A stretch of DNA of 64,000 nucleotides from NCBI RefSeq assembly GCF_009914755.1, contig NC_060932.1; one strand, given 5' to 3'. This DNA is from the human T2T-CHM13v2.0 reference genome, Homo sapiens. A program made the translations under genes and the position numbers. The notes below the pieces were generated by a model. That model did no database searches. It was not told the DNA's origin and saw only the letters and a list, made by a program, of their open reading frames with translations. Below, piece by piece: positions 11,735-25,796 of this stretch; within the stretch, counting starts at the first letter, position 1, and each line of letters opens with the position of its first letter.

Positions 11735-12032
11735 TTTCTTTCTTTTTTTTTTTTTTGAGATAGAGTCTTGCTCTGTCACCCAGGCTGGAGTGCAGTGGTG
11801 TGATCATAGCTCACTGCAGCCTAGAACTCCTGGGCTCAAGCCATCCTCCTGCCTCAGCCTCACAGTAGCTGGGAATACAGGCATGCACCACCACACTCAG
11901 CTAATTTTTTTTTATGGAGATGAGGTCTCCCTGTGTTGCCCAGGCTGGTCTCAAAGTCCTAGGCTCACGCGATCCTCACACCTCAGCCTCCCAAAGTGCT
12001 GGGATAATGGGCATGAGCCACCGTGCCTGGCT
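11735..12032 (-). mobile_element. AluJ within antisense L1ME-like sequence (~11160-12360)
   Basis: Reverse-complement Alu dimer; T-rich old-L1 flanks. Confidence 0.85.
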
Positions 12033-12364
12033 TAATTTCTTTTTTAACAGGAGTGCAAAAGCTTTTATAGGTATATCTGACATTGACATTAGTCATCTTG
12101 GTTTAGCTATTTTTAATGCATCTTTGCTGTTTCTTTTCTTTTATATCTTTTGTCATGTGGGCTATATTTACTTTTGCTTTCCTCTAGTGTTTTGGCAGGT
12201 ATGGATACTTTTGTTAACCAAATAATACTAAAACCAGTACTCTCTAATTATCAATACAAATGAAAAGAGTATCTATTGGCTCCTCAATTGATTAAAGAAA
12301 TTAGCATAATTTTCATATCAATTGTTGATGTCATCTGGAATGTTAGACCCAAACTTTAAGAAAT

Positions 12365-12545
12365 TAATATCTCATTTAATCCTCAGAACAATTCTGAACA
12401 ATGCCATTAATCTCATATTGCAGTTGAACAATCTGAAGCACAGATAAATCATTTCTGAAGTACATACAGGTAACAAATGGTAGAATGAGAACTCAAATCC
12501 AAGGGCTTTGACTCTAAACCTCACTTTTTCCCCACTGTACTATGC
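12365..12545. mobile_element. MIR
   Basis: 'tctcatttaatcctcagaacaa...tgaagcacaga...tttgactctaaacc'. Confidence 0.7.
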
Positions 12546-13609
12546 TAAGTGAAAAGAATAAACAACTTTCTTATCAAACTCTAAGAGCACAGATAATTTA
12601 TTTGTCAAATTTTAAGCTCCTAGCGATGTTATAACCTTCACAAGATCACGTCTTCAACATTTTTTTGAGCGAATTGCTGTAGTTCCAGGCAGTGCTGGGC
12701 ACATAAAAAGTGCTGCTCAGCAAATACTCTTGACTTAAGTCCAAATAAAAGATATCTTCAATTGAGAGGTTAATTATTAATTTATTGATGAGAAAGCTAC
12801 CATTTAATCATTTCCAGCATCATCTCTGTATAGTAAGTGATGTAGAAAGAATCACTTGAATAGTTACGTAATTGAAAGGCACATATGCACCCAGTTTCCT
12901 AGGGAAAGGTTGTAATGGTAACTTTTCTGCAACTTGAAAATGGCTTCATCTCCCAATACTCTTTTGGTGTGAAAATCTTGAGACTGGGGAGAAAATATGC
13001 AAATTTACTCCTGAACCAATGAGCTTCTGAGAGCAAAGAGAGGGAAGCATTGACCTACTTTAGGGTCAACATAATTAAAACTTCTCTGATGAACTGAGAT
13101 GGTCCCCGCTGGGAAAAGCTGGCAGTATGTCTCCCCGAAGGACCTCCATGAATGAGCACACGGTGAAGTCAGGGTGAGTGTGGCAATGGTGGCCAGCATC
13201 GGTACTCAGCCCAGGCTGCATCCAGAAGCTCTTCCTAAAACCAGCCACTCCAGCATGGGCAATCAATGGTGCTGTAACCTTACAAACACAGGCTTGGGGA
13301 AAGAGACTCTTCTCCCTAGAAGAATCTCTATGGCCTCTGCAGGAAGCTGGATGATCAGTAGCTCTGCCATAAACATAAGCAGGGGTGCAGAGATAATGCA
13401 GGGACTGCTGTTTCAATGGTAAAATGAAGTGACAGGAGTGAGAATGGCAGTAACAAGTGCACCAGCTACAGAAAATAACAGTATGGTAGTAGATTGATCA
13501 CTCCTGTTCTTACTTCACATAGCCTTTGGAAAGCAAAGTTGGTCCCTTGGTACTTATTAAGCCCACCTGGGGTTCTTAAACAATTCAGGGTTGAGGAGGC
13601 AGGCTTCTT

Positions 13610-13735
13610 GTAGGACTACCAGATCCATAAATAAGTAAATAAAACTACTGCAGTTTTTAACTTTAAGTATATTTCATGCAGTATTTGTCTGAAATTCAAA
13701 TTTAACTGGATGCCTTGTTTTTGATCTGTCAACCT
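13610..13735. mobile_element. MER53-like hAT MITE remnant
   Basis: 'tctgaaattcaaatttaactggatgccttg...tctgtcaacct' resembles the MER53 terminal arm. Confidence 0.55.
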
Positions 13736-13919
13736 CATCTCCAAGGTAAAATTACCGAATATTTTCAATTTTTTTGTCAGATGAGGTCTCAAATAGGGGT
13801 CACACCAGTTAATAAGTCAAAGTAGACAATAAATCGTGTTTTCTTCGTAATCCAATAGTATCTGTGCCAGTCTTTATTAAAGCATTTATTAAATGCTACC
13901 ACTCTTTATTAAAGCATTT

Positions 13920-14085
13920 AACACTCTCCGTTGCAATCACTGATTTTCTTATAAGTCTTCTTCAATTCCCTGTGAGATATTTGAGGGCAGGCAATGTGTT
14001 TTCCCCACCTCTGTATCCCTGAAGCTCAACACGGTGCCTGAGATAGTCATAAATATTTGTTGAAAGCTAAATGAATGCTTGAGTA
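13920..14085. mobile_element. L2 3' end
   Basis: 'ttgagggcaggcaatgtg...acacggtgcctg...aaatatttgttgaa...aatgaatg'. Confidence 0.7.
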
Positions 14086-14129
14086 AATTAACTCCAGTTT
14101 CGATGAACTTGGGTAAATTGTCATTTCAT

Positions 14130-14144
14130 CCAGTAGAGGGCAGC
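14130..14144 (+). promoter_or_regulatory. CTCF motif
   Basis: ccagtagagggcagc matches core consensus CCASYAGRKGGCRS; lies in unique sequence. Confidence 0.65.
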
Positions 14145-14654
14145 TGTGTACCCAGTACTGCAGAGAGCAAGCCCCACATCAGTGCTGAGTGAAGCAGCCT
14201 TTCGAACTCGAAAATCTCTATTACCTGCAGCTCGCTGCTTAACAGCAGTGTGGTCCCTAACCCCATACCCGTGCCAAAGATTCTTATTGTTCTGCTGAAA
14301 AGCTTAATCTAATCTCAACCCATCCTTTCTTCTCTTTAGAAATGCAGAAACTCTCTTGTCTGAAAATACTAGAAAAAACAGATCCAACCAGGTGATCTCT
14401 TCTTTTTTGAATAACAATTGTAGGTTGATAAATCTATGTAGAATTCTAAATATTCTAGGCATTGCCATTACCCTTTAACATATTCCATTAATAGAATCTT
14501 TAAAAAATTAGTTCCATATGACTTTTTGGTTCATATCAGATATTAAGCTGCCTATCAGAGATAAACAAAACTAAAAAAAGAAGTAATCATGTTGATATAC
14601 ATTGTATGAAAGGGAAAAAAGCATGATTACTCCCTTATGGGTGTTATTCTTTTT

Positions 14655-15082
<428 letters not shown>

Positions 15083-15479
15083 TTATGTATACCTAATTTT
15101 GTATTCATGATTTTCTATTGTTTTCCTTAAATATGGGTCCTCAAATTGTATGAGATTCAGGACCCCAAATCCTGGCTCCAATTCTGGAAATAGGAATGAT
15201 TATTGTCATCATATTAGGGAAGCAAAATGGAGGTTCAGGCAGTTACCTCAAATCACAGAGCTTACAGAGTTCAAACTCAGATCCGTAATTCCAAAGTCAG
15301 TTTAAAGATCAATATGACTGTCTCCTTTAAGGGGTTTGGGTTCCTTATTTCTAAATCCTGTCTTTATGAGGAATGTAGTTTGTACCTGCAGAGCATTTGC
15401 ATGATCAGTTTCAAATTTCAACTTAAATTTATATACAAGTGTAAATTCCTTAATAAAAATATTAAGTAATAAGTATTGG

Positions 15480-15995
15480 TGAGAAAGGAATATAAATTAT
15501 TCTATCATAAAGACACATGCATGCATATGTTCATTGCACCGCTATTCACAATAGCAAAGACATGGAATCAACCTAAATGCTCATCAATGGCAGGTTGGAT
15601 AAAGAAAATGTGGTACATATACACCATGGAATACTATGCAGCCATAAAAAAGGTCATGTCCTTTGCAGGAACATGGATGGAGCTGGAGGCCATTATCCTT
15701 AGCAAACTAATGCAGGAAGAGAAAACCAAATACAGCATGTTCTCACTTATAAGTGGGAGCTAAATAACAAGAACACATGAATACAAAGAGGGGGAACAAC
15801 AGACACTGGGGTCTACTTGAGGGTGGAGGGTGGGAGGAGGGAGAGAATCAGAAAAAACAACTATTGGGTACTAGGCTTAGTACCTGCGTGATGAAATAAT
15901 CTGTACAGAAAACCCCTGTGACATGAGTTTACCTATATAACAAACCTGAACATGGAACCCTGAACCTAAAATAAAAGTTTAAAAACAAAACAAAA
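15480..15995 (+). mobile_element. L1PA/L1PB 3' end (ORF2 C-terminus plus 3'UTR)
   Basis: ORF 15476-15763 is the L1 ORF2p C-terminus (KDTCMHMFIAPLFTIAKTWNQPKC...MFSLISGS); aataaa and A-tail. Confidence 0.92.
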
Positions 15996-15999
15996 AAAC

Positions 16000-17110
16000 C
16001 TCCAGGTATTGATGAGGGTGTGGAGAAATTTGAACTCTCATATACTGCTGGTTAGAAATATACGGTGCAGGTGCCAAAGCCCTCATCGACTATGAGAACT
16101 CAAACGAAGCTCTGGATAAGGCCTGGTTAAAGAGCAAAGATGTCAAGTTGGCTGAGGTACACCAGCAGGAGTGCTGCCAGAAATTTGAACAACTTTCCAA
16201 ATCTGCAAAAGAAGAGCTGATAAATTTCAAACGGAAGAGAGTGGCAGCATTTAGAAAGAATCTAATTGAAATGTCTGAACTGGAAATAAAACATGCCAGG
16301 AACAATGTCTCCCTTTTGCAGAGCTGTATTGACTTGTTCAAGAATAACTGATAGGCCTTCACTCAGAAGAAAAGAAATGAATGTGAAAGAAAGCCAAACA
16401 TCACTTGCACTTAAATCATTGCCATGGAAGATTTATTAGCTTCAACTTTAGTTTAAAATTATGTGAATAAATATTTTGATTTCTACAAAAAAAAAAAAAA
16501 AAGAAGGAAGAAAGAAATATATGGTGCAGGTGTTTTGGAAACAGTCTGGCAGTTCCTCAAAAAGCTAAACATAAAATTACCATATGACCCCACAATATAT
16601 ACCCACTGTACATCTGAGAAAATTGGAATCATATATCCACACAAAACTTGTACATGAATTTTCATAGCAGCATTATTTATAATAGCGAAAAAGTGGAAAC
16701 AACCCAAATGTCCATCAACTGATAAATGGATAAACGAAATGTGGCATATCTACACAATGGGGTATTATTCAGGCATAAAAAGGAATGAAGTTCTGATACA
16801 TTGCTACAGTATGAATGAACCTGGGAAACATTACACAAAGTGATAGGAGCCAGACACAAAAAATCATACATTGTACTATTCTATTTGTATGAAATGTCCA
16901 GAATAGGCAAATCCAGGGAGACAGAAAGTAGATTACTGGTTGTGGTGAGGAGAGGATGGTTAATGACTGCTAATGTATAATGTTTCTCTTGGAGATGATA
17001 AAAATTTGCTGGAATTAGTGTTGTTAGTTGCACAATATAGTGAATATACTGAAAGCCACTGAAATATACAATTTCAAAGGCTGAATTTTATGGTGTGTAA
17101 ATTTTATCTA
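16000..17110 (+). mobile_element. L1MB-like 3' region, interrupted by the SNX5 retrocopy
   Basis: 'gagggtgtggagaaatt...' resumes after 16532 with 'ttggaaacagtctggcagttcctcaaaaagctaaacata'. Confidence 0.85.
16074..16512 (+). pseudogene. SNX5: 5'-truncated processed pseudogene of sorting nexin 5 (BAR-domain C-terminus plus 3'UTR)
   Basis: Intronless frame 16076-16351 KALIDYENSNEALDKAWLKSKDVKLAEVHQQECCQKFEQLSKSAKEELINFKRKRVAAFRKNLIEMSELEIKHARNNVSLLQSCIDLFKNN*; AATAAA 16466-16471; poly-A from 16487; 20-bp TSD at 16054-16073 / 16513-16532. Confidence 0.93.
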
Positions 17111-17673
17111 AAAATAGGTTTAAAGGATTAAATTTCTTAGTCTTAGAGGCATGTTATCCTTTTACCTACAAAATCATGATAAAATAATACAAAAGACACA
17201 CTGAAAACAACCACGTAAAAGAAAAAATTTCTGAAATACTTTTTTAAAAAGACTTACTGAAGTTTTAGCACAAGATTTCTTTTTCCATAGAGTCCATAGG
17301 GTTTTTTTGCACCTGTTTGGAAAGAGCTGTATTAATGCTTGTATTAATGCTGCTAACTGAATAAATTTTTTGTTATACAGAGTTCTAAGCATATACATGG
17401 CACTGAATAAATATTTTGATTTAGGGATTGATTCTCCAATCCTAGTCCAACCCATAAATTACTGACCTTATGCCTAAGAAGCAAGAGATTTTGGAAATAA
17501 ATGTAAATCTAAGAAGAAGGCAATGGACACATTTGATGTATCCTCCGGTTCTCCAGCAAACATTGTCTCTAGCTCTACTCTGCTACAAATTCTTCAAGTG
17601 AAAGGTAAAACTCTGGGGGGTAGATTTCACATTGAAACCCTTCAGAAAACAAGTTTCTTAAAAATGCCATAGG

Positions 17674-17855
17674 ATACAAAAATTAGCCCGGAGTGGTGGC
17701 ACGTGCCTGTAGTCCCAGCTACTCAGGAGGCTGAGGTGGGAAGATCACTTGAGCCCGAGAGGTCGAGGCTGCAATGAACTGTGACGGTGTCACTGCACTC
17801 TAGCCTGGGTGACAGAGCAAGACCCCGTCTCAAAAAATAAAATTAAATTAAAAAT
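17674..17855 (+). mobile_element. 5'-truncated Alu (right arm)
   Basis: TSD aaatgccatagg on both sides. Confidence 0.88.
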
Positions 17856-17978
17856 AAATGCCATAGGTATGTTTCCTTGGGAGTTATTTTTGTTCCTTTC
17901 CCTAAAAGCAATTCTGTTTACCCCAGCTATAGTTTCTCTCACTCAGAGTTCAGATCCTTTCCTTTAAATTTGGAATAA

Positions 17979-18330
<352 letters not shown>

Positions 18331-19239
18331 TGTGTTCTGATTTTATTTACAGCCAGTTCTTATTAAATGGGTACAAATGTGTATGCCCCATCTTTTTATC
18401 CTTTTTTTTTTTTTATAGCGGCTTGTATCTTTTGCAGGTTCTTTGAATTTTCAAATTTCCCTGAGGACAATAATTAGAAGTTTTTAGGTCTCTTCTCTTC
18501 CTGAAATATTTCTTTCTTCTAGAGGGGGTTCCTCTGCTTGTTTATCATAAATGTTTTATTTATGCTCTTGTTTTGTTTTGAACGTCTGGGGACTCTAGGT
18601 TGTTCGTGCATACATTTCAATGACAGATGAGATTGTGCAGTACACAAGCTGACCTGGAGCGCCTCCAATTCTGGAGGTCTGTTCCATGATAGCTTTTCTC
18701 ATGATGAGGAGGGGAGACAGGGTTCTAGAAGAGAGTGGGCAGGAATGTGTGGACAAGACAGGATTCCTTTCAGAGTGGGTGCGGATTGCACAGGTGTATA
18801 AAGACCAGCTAAGCTTAGGCCCTTCATTTACTGTAGTAAGACATTAACATGGAGACAGAGTGTATAGTATATTTCACCCAGCACATTGCCTCACTTCCTT
18901 TTTTCCTTTTTGTCTGTTGTGGAGTTGCAAAGCCTCACTGTCACCGTTGGTCTTGCAATTCATTTTGAAATTTATTCTTATCATACCTAACTTGAAAGCA
19001 AATGTCTCAACCAGGTATTCTGTATACAAACAGTAAATTAATTATCTTATTTCATGACTCACTCCAACTCCAACTCACTGTGAACTTGGAGTTTCTCCTA
19101 GAAACCCTCGTGGAGAGTGGTGCTCAGCTGTGCATCAGGCCTTTATTTTGGGCGCAGGTTTCTAGTTATAGTTTCTACATTGGGCAAGGAACTTCCTTTT
19201 ATGTATTTTCTGTCACTTGAATGAGATTTTGACAGGTAT

Positions 19240-20110
19240 GAGATAAACACATTTGCTTAGACCACTATCTTGAATGAGTTAATATGCAAGTTTTAAATTT
19301 TAAGGCATATTGTCAAAATCAACCTTCCAAAATAAAATTTGCATCAGTTTACACTTCCATCAACAGCAGAGGAGAGTGCCAGTTTTCTCATTCTCATGCC
19401 AGTTCTCAGTGGGATCCCTCCTCTGAATTTTTCTTAGCCTCGTAAATTAAAAAAGTATGATTTATATTTGTATTTCTTTGATTGCTAGTGAAGTTAAGCA
19501 TCTTTTCATCTGTGTGATTGCTTCTTAGCTTCTGTTCTTGGAAATTTTCTGTTTAATCCCCATTTATTTTCTATTGAAGTGTTTGTTCATTTTTATTGAT
19601 TTAAAATATATTTGTACATATTCAGTGCATTATTGTGTTTTTGACATATGTTGGATGTTTTTTCCCAGTTTGTCATTTGTATTTTGTTTTTATGTATGGC
19701 ATATTTTGCTCTAGAGTTTAAAAATAAGTTTTGTAATCAAACCTGTCAATATTTTCCTTTAAGTTTTCCGAGTTTAGTGTAATAGTTAGAACATTCATTG
19801 GCTCTACTTTTGTTAGAATTTTTTTTTTGTTTCTTGAGATAATTGATCAATTTTCACATTTTCCTGTTTTTTACAGATTTGAATTTTTCTCTGAATGTGG
19901 CTGTAGCTGTATCCCAAAAGTTTTGATAAGGAGAGTTATCGTTGTTGCTTTTCTAAATAATCTGTAAATTCAGTTTTAACTTTTCTTTTATCCAGGAGTT
20001 AGAGATGTCATTTAATATCTCCAGGCAATTACTTTTTTAAAAAGCTATCTTTTTGTTGATAGCTTCTATTTTAAATTTTATTTTGGTCAAGGATTTCTAC
20101 TTGTAGAATT
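19240..20110 (-). mobile_element. Old antisense L1M fragments
   Basis: 'tttacacttccatcaacagcag...gagagtgccagttttctc', 'tgtatttctttgattgctagtgaagttaagcatctttt'. Confidence 0.65.
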
Positions 20111-20452
20111 TATTATTTACTAACAACATGATGCAATTGCAATTATTCTGGAAAACTCATCATTAACCTTCCTCATGAGATCACTCACGGCTGTCATTAT
20201 CTCTGTTTACAGATCAAGTCTTTCCCAACCTCACCTGAACTACTGTAATTTGATATTTACTGACTTCTCTTTCTTCAGAACAACTTTGCCTTTATACTTT
20301 CTTTCCATTTCTAGAAACGTGTATGAAATCTTTTGATAAATGTAGAGAATGGTCTTTTGAGCCTTTCAGAGTCTTTTTGTGGATCCAGACCGCAGCTAGA
20401 TAAGAAACTGTACAGACCTAGAACCAGACCTGAAAGGTAGTATAGGCCCTGC

Positions 20453-21111
20453 CGGAACAGGAATTGAAAGAAATGAAAGAATGTGTAAGCACAAACTCAG
20501 TTGTATGTAAAAAACCCAATTCCCCCTAAGAAAGAGAAAAAGCTGGAGTCCTTTAAAAATTAACTGCCTGTTTTTCTGTGGCTAGTGAGCCTTATGTCGC
20601 CTCCTTTCCCAGGCATTGTGAAGACCCTGTTTCTCTAGCTGTGCAGCTGCAAGGTCACTAGACAGATAAACTCAAGTCATAAAATATGTTTTTCCTTGAA
20701 AAGTAAGAAATGATGTAATGCATGTCTCAATTAATTGAATGACTGTCTTTGTTTCTTGCTTCTGTAATATGCTTCCCCCTGCACAGATCTCCCCCTAGAA
20801 GTTCAAGACCAGGCTGGGAACATGGCAAAACCCCATCTCTACCAAAAATACAAAAATTAGGTAGGCATGGTGGCATGCCCCTGTAGTACCAGCTACTGGG
20901 GAGGCTGAGATGGGAAGATAGTTGGACCCTGGGAGGTGGAGGTTGCATTGAGCCAATATTGTACTGCCCCACGAAATGCTTAAAAGGTAACTTAACTCTT
21001 TGTCCAGGGCTCAGTCCTTTGGATTCTAATCCGACTGGGCCAGTGCACCTAAATAATAAATATCCTCCTCAACCCCATCAGTCTCTCTAATTCCTTATCA
21101 ATCCCACTACA
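20453..21111 (+). mobile_element. ERV1-class solo LTR (LTR15-like, tentative), interrupted by an Alu fragment
   Basis: Ends ...cccactaca; 4-bp TSD ctgc (20449-20452 / 21112-21115); TATA-like 'cttaaaagg' and aataaa near the 3' end. Confidence 0.75.
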
Positions 21112-22016
21112 CTGCAATAACAGATACAACGGCATGGCTGGGAGGATGGGAAGAAGGCCAGACCAGTAGGCAGAATAAAGTTTTTAAGACAGCTGGAAAA
21201 TCCAACAGGATTGATCTCAGGGTAGTCCAAATGCAGAGTAACCTGTGCTTTAAGATGCTTGTGGAATAAATACAGGTGAATTCTGGAGGCAATGGAAAAC
21301 AGATTCGAGTAGGTATGTCAACCACTGGAGCCAACAGTGGAGAACAATTCAGGTCTCCAATCCTAAAAAAGATTGCCAGCCTGGAAAGGTGACTAAGATA
21401 AGAATCAGGAATGTGGAACAAGAGAGAAGAATGCTAGTCATTACAACTTAGGTAAAATATTAGAGGTACAAAATAGTAGATGTAATGATATCAAATACAA
21501 TATTCTTGGCTTAGAATCCCTTGAATATCTTCTTCCTAAATTAGAATTGACCCTAGTGATGCAGTGTCTCATGATTTAGGGTAGAAGGTTGGTAGCAGGA
21601 AGGAGGGATACCAGGCATAATCTGACATAATACGTGGAAAACCCAATTATCCTATTGTAAGCCTCCCTTTGTAAATGGTGCTATACAGTGGTATGTTATC
21701 TCTATTAAAAATAATTAAATGTTCAATTCATACATTGAAATACATTGATAATAGAACTAATAAATTTATCTATTATACCAAAATATAAATAGTAATATAG
21801 TTCCTACTTTGCTGAGTGAAGACTAGAATATTTTTATGTATATATAGAAAAATATGATGAAAATCTGAGCCTAACAGACTGTAAGCCCTCTATAAATATT
21901 TTTGAATTAATGAAGGAATAAATGAATAAGAATCATGGTATAATTTATAAAAACAAAAAAAGGAGGGGAGAGAAAAAATTAACATTCATTAGAAAGAGAA
22001 TAAAAATTCTAACACA

Positions 22017-22429
<413 letters not shown>

Positions 22430-22608
22430 TTAAATCCATAAATAAAGAGAATAATGGGCCTCCATGTATCCATTATCCAGCTTCAACAATTATCAACTTT
22501 CTGGAATTGTCATTTTATCTGCCTCTTTTTTTCATGATAGATTTGAGGTGTAAAACACATACACATAAACATAGTGCCATCCAATTTTTGTTTAAAAAGT
22601 TACAAACC

Positions 22609-22609
<1 letters not shown>

Positions 22610-22640
<31 letters not shown>

Positions 22641-22653
22641 TGTGTGTGTGTGT
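22610..22653. repeat. (TG)n microsatellite
   Basis: Direct reading. Confidence 0.95.
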
Positions 22654-23009
22654 GCCCTTAGTAGGAAATCTAGAAGAAAATACATCATTCTTTTAACAGT
22701 AATTTTCCGTAGTGCATGAGAGTGAGGTAGTTAAGGGTAGGGAATGTAGGTAAGATTTAATTTTTTTAACAAAGCTGCACATGCACCCCTGAACTTAAAA
22801 GTTTATAAAAAAGATTTAATTTTTTACTTTATATTCCTGGATTTTTGGATTTTTTAAATTATAGGCTTTTGTTTTGTAGTTACCCTGAAACTTACATACA
22901 ACACTTTATAACTAGTATGTTAAGCTGATAACAATTTAACTTGGATAACATACACAAACACTACACTTTTATCTCCCTTTGCCCCACATTTTATGTTTTT
23001 GTTTCTTTG

Positions 23010-23607
23010 TGTTTTGAGATGGAGTCTTGTTTAGTCACTCAGGCTGGAATGCAGTAGCATGATTGTAGCTCACTGCAGTATTGAACTCCTGGGCTCAAGC
23101 AAGCCTCCTGCCTCAGCCTCCTGAGAAGCTGGGACTACAGGTGCACACCAGCACACCCAGCTAATATTTAAGTTTTTTATAGAGACAAGGTCTTCCTATG
23201 TTGACCAGGTTGATCTAGAACTCCTGGCCTCAAGTGACTTTCCTGCTTCAGCTTCGCAAAGTGTGGGGATTACAGACATGAGCCACTGTTCCTGACTCTC
23301 TCTCTCTCTCTCTCTCTTTGAGTCAGGGTCTTGCTCTGTTGCCCAGGCTGGAGTGCAGTGGTGCAGTCATGGCTTGCTGTAGCCTCAACCTCCTGGGCTC
23401 AAGCAATCCTCCCTCCTCAGCCTCCTGAGAATCTGGGACTACAGGCATGCACCACCATACCTGGCTAATTTTTTGATTTTTTTTTGTAGAGACAGTCTCA
23501 CTGTGTTGCCCAGGATGGTCTTGAATTCCTGGGCTCAAGCAGTCCTCCTGTCTTGGCCTCCCAAATTGCTGAGATTACAGGCATGAGCCACTGTACCCAG
23601 CCTGGCC
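23010..23607 (-). mobile_element. Two tandem antisense AluJ elements
   Basis: Reverse-complement Alus ~23010-23295 and ~23320-23607 separated by (CT)n. Confidence 0.88.
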
Positions 23608-24589
23608 CATATTTTGTGTTTTTGATGTTACAATTTGCAGTAGTAATAGTTTATATCCTTAACAAAGTTTTGCAGTTTTAGTTTTTTTTTTTTTAACAGT
23701 TTTGCCTTTTATCCTTTATATTAGAGATGTAGTTGATTTACCCAGTGCCATTACAGTATTAGAGTGTTATGCATTTGACAATGTACTTACTTTTACTTTC
23801 AAATGTTTTCATGTTGCCAGTTAGCATCCTTTCTTTCGTTTGAAAACTCCCTTTAGCATTTCTTGTAAGCCAGCCCTAGTGGTGATAAACTCTCAGTTTT
23901 TGGTTGTCTGAGAAAGTCTTTATCACGTCTTCAGTTTTGAAATACAGGGTTGCCAGGTATAGTATTATTGGTTGACTTTTTCTCTTCTTTCAGGATTTTC
24001 AATATATCACCCCATACTCCCTCTGGCCTATAAGGCTTCTGCTGATAAATCCACTGATAATCTTATGGCGGTTCCCTTGTATGTAACAATTTGCTATTCC
24101 CTTGCTGCTTTCAAAACTCCCTTTGTGTTTAATTTGATAATTTGATTATGATGTGTCTCAGTGTGGGTCTTTTTGGAATTATCTTATTTTGTGTCCTTTG
24201 TTCTTCCTGGATCTGGATTTCTATTTCCTCCCCAAGTGTGGGAAGTTTTCTATCATTGTTTCTTCGGATATGTTTTCTGTCTCATTCTCTCTCTCTTTTC
24301 TTTCTGGTACATTGATAATGCATATGTTGTTATGCTTGATGGTGCCCCATAAGTCTCTTAAACTGTCCTCACTTCCCCACTTTTTAAAATTCTTTTTTCT
24401 TTTTGGTCCTCTGATTATACAATTTCCAGTGACCTGTCTTCAAGTTTATCAATTCTTGCTTTGCTTGCTCTTGTCTGCTGTTGAATGCCTCTACTGAATT
24501 TTTTAGTTCAGTTATAGTATTCTTTGGCTGTATGATTTCTGTTTGGTACTTTTTTATATTTTCTATTTCTTTGTTAAAATTCTCAGTTT

Positions 24590-24897
24590 GGGCTGGGCAC
24601 AGTGTCTCAAATCTGTAATCTTAGCACTTTGGGAGGCTGACGCAGGAGGATTGCTTGAGCCCAGAAGTTCGAGACCAGGCTGGGCAACATGAAAAAACCC
24701 CATCTCTACCAAAAATACAAAAATTAGCTAGGCGTGGTGGCATGCTCCTGTAGTACCAGCTACTGGGGAGGGTGAGATGGGAAGATAGTTGGAGGCTGGG
24801 AGGTGGAGGTTGCATTGAGCCCATATTGTACCATTTCACTCCAGCCTGGGTGACAGAGCCGGACTCTATCTCGAATAAAAAACAAAACAAAAACAAA
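24590..24897 (+). mobile_element. AluJ; donor of the 20796-20964 copy
   Basis: Full dimer with tail; 'aaattctca' repeated at flanks. Confidence 0.9.
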
Positions 24898-25796
24898 GGA
24901 AATTCTCACAAGTTTGTTCTTGTGTTGCTTTTCTGACATTGGTGAGCATCTTTACAACCACTATTTTTAATTCCTTGTCAGATAAATCACATATCTCCAC
25001 TTCACTCTGGTCAGTTTCTGGAGATTTATCTTCTTCATTTATTTGAAATATATTGCCCTATTTCTTCATTTTCCTTTACTCTCTGTGTTGGTTACTGCAT
25101 ATTAGATAAGACAATTACCTCTCCCAGTCTTGTCAGATTGGCCTCATGCAGGGGATTTTAAGGTGCCAGACATATTTATTTATTTATTTATTTATTGAGA
25201 CAGGGTCTCACTCTGTTGCCCAGGTTGGAATGTAGTGGCACAATCCTACCTCATGGCAGCAGCCCTGACCTCCTGGGCTCAAGGGATCCTCCCACCTCAG
25301 CCTTTCAAATAACCGGGATTACAATCATACACCACCACCCCCGGCTAATTTTTTATTCTTTTATAGAGATTGGGTCTCAGTGCCTGTCAAATCTTTGTGT
25401 TTGGCCAGACTGCTATCTCTGTTTTTGGTGGCCCCTCCTGGAACTTAGGATATGTTACTTTCTGTCAGTACCTCAAGACTGGTGAGGTAAGAAGGTAAGA
25501 GCTAGACTCTCTAGAGGTAGCTGGGAAAATTGGGATGTTGAATGTGTGTTCCATTCCCTTTTGTCTTCATCGTGAAACTGAGTGTAGGCATTTTCTCTTA
25601 CTCTCTCTGCACTACGATGGGGAGAGAATTTGTGTCAAATGCCCATATTCATGTTCAGGTTGTACCCTCTGATCCTGGGAACATAGCTGCTGGAAGCAGG
25701 TCCATTGTATATTAACCTTTATGTTCTGTGGTCTAGGATCACTCAGAAATGCAAAGCCCATTGACTCCCAGATCTAGGTCATTAAAGAGAAGCTAT

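Noticed and set aside
16148-16351. 67-aa ORF as a functional SNX5-like gene
   Set aside because: Start is a TTG inside a 5'-truncated retrocopy with poly-A and TSD, embedded in L1.
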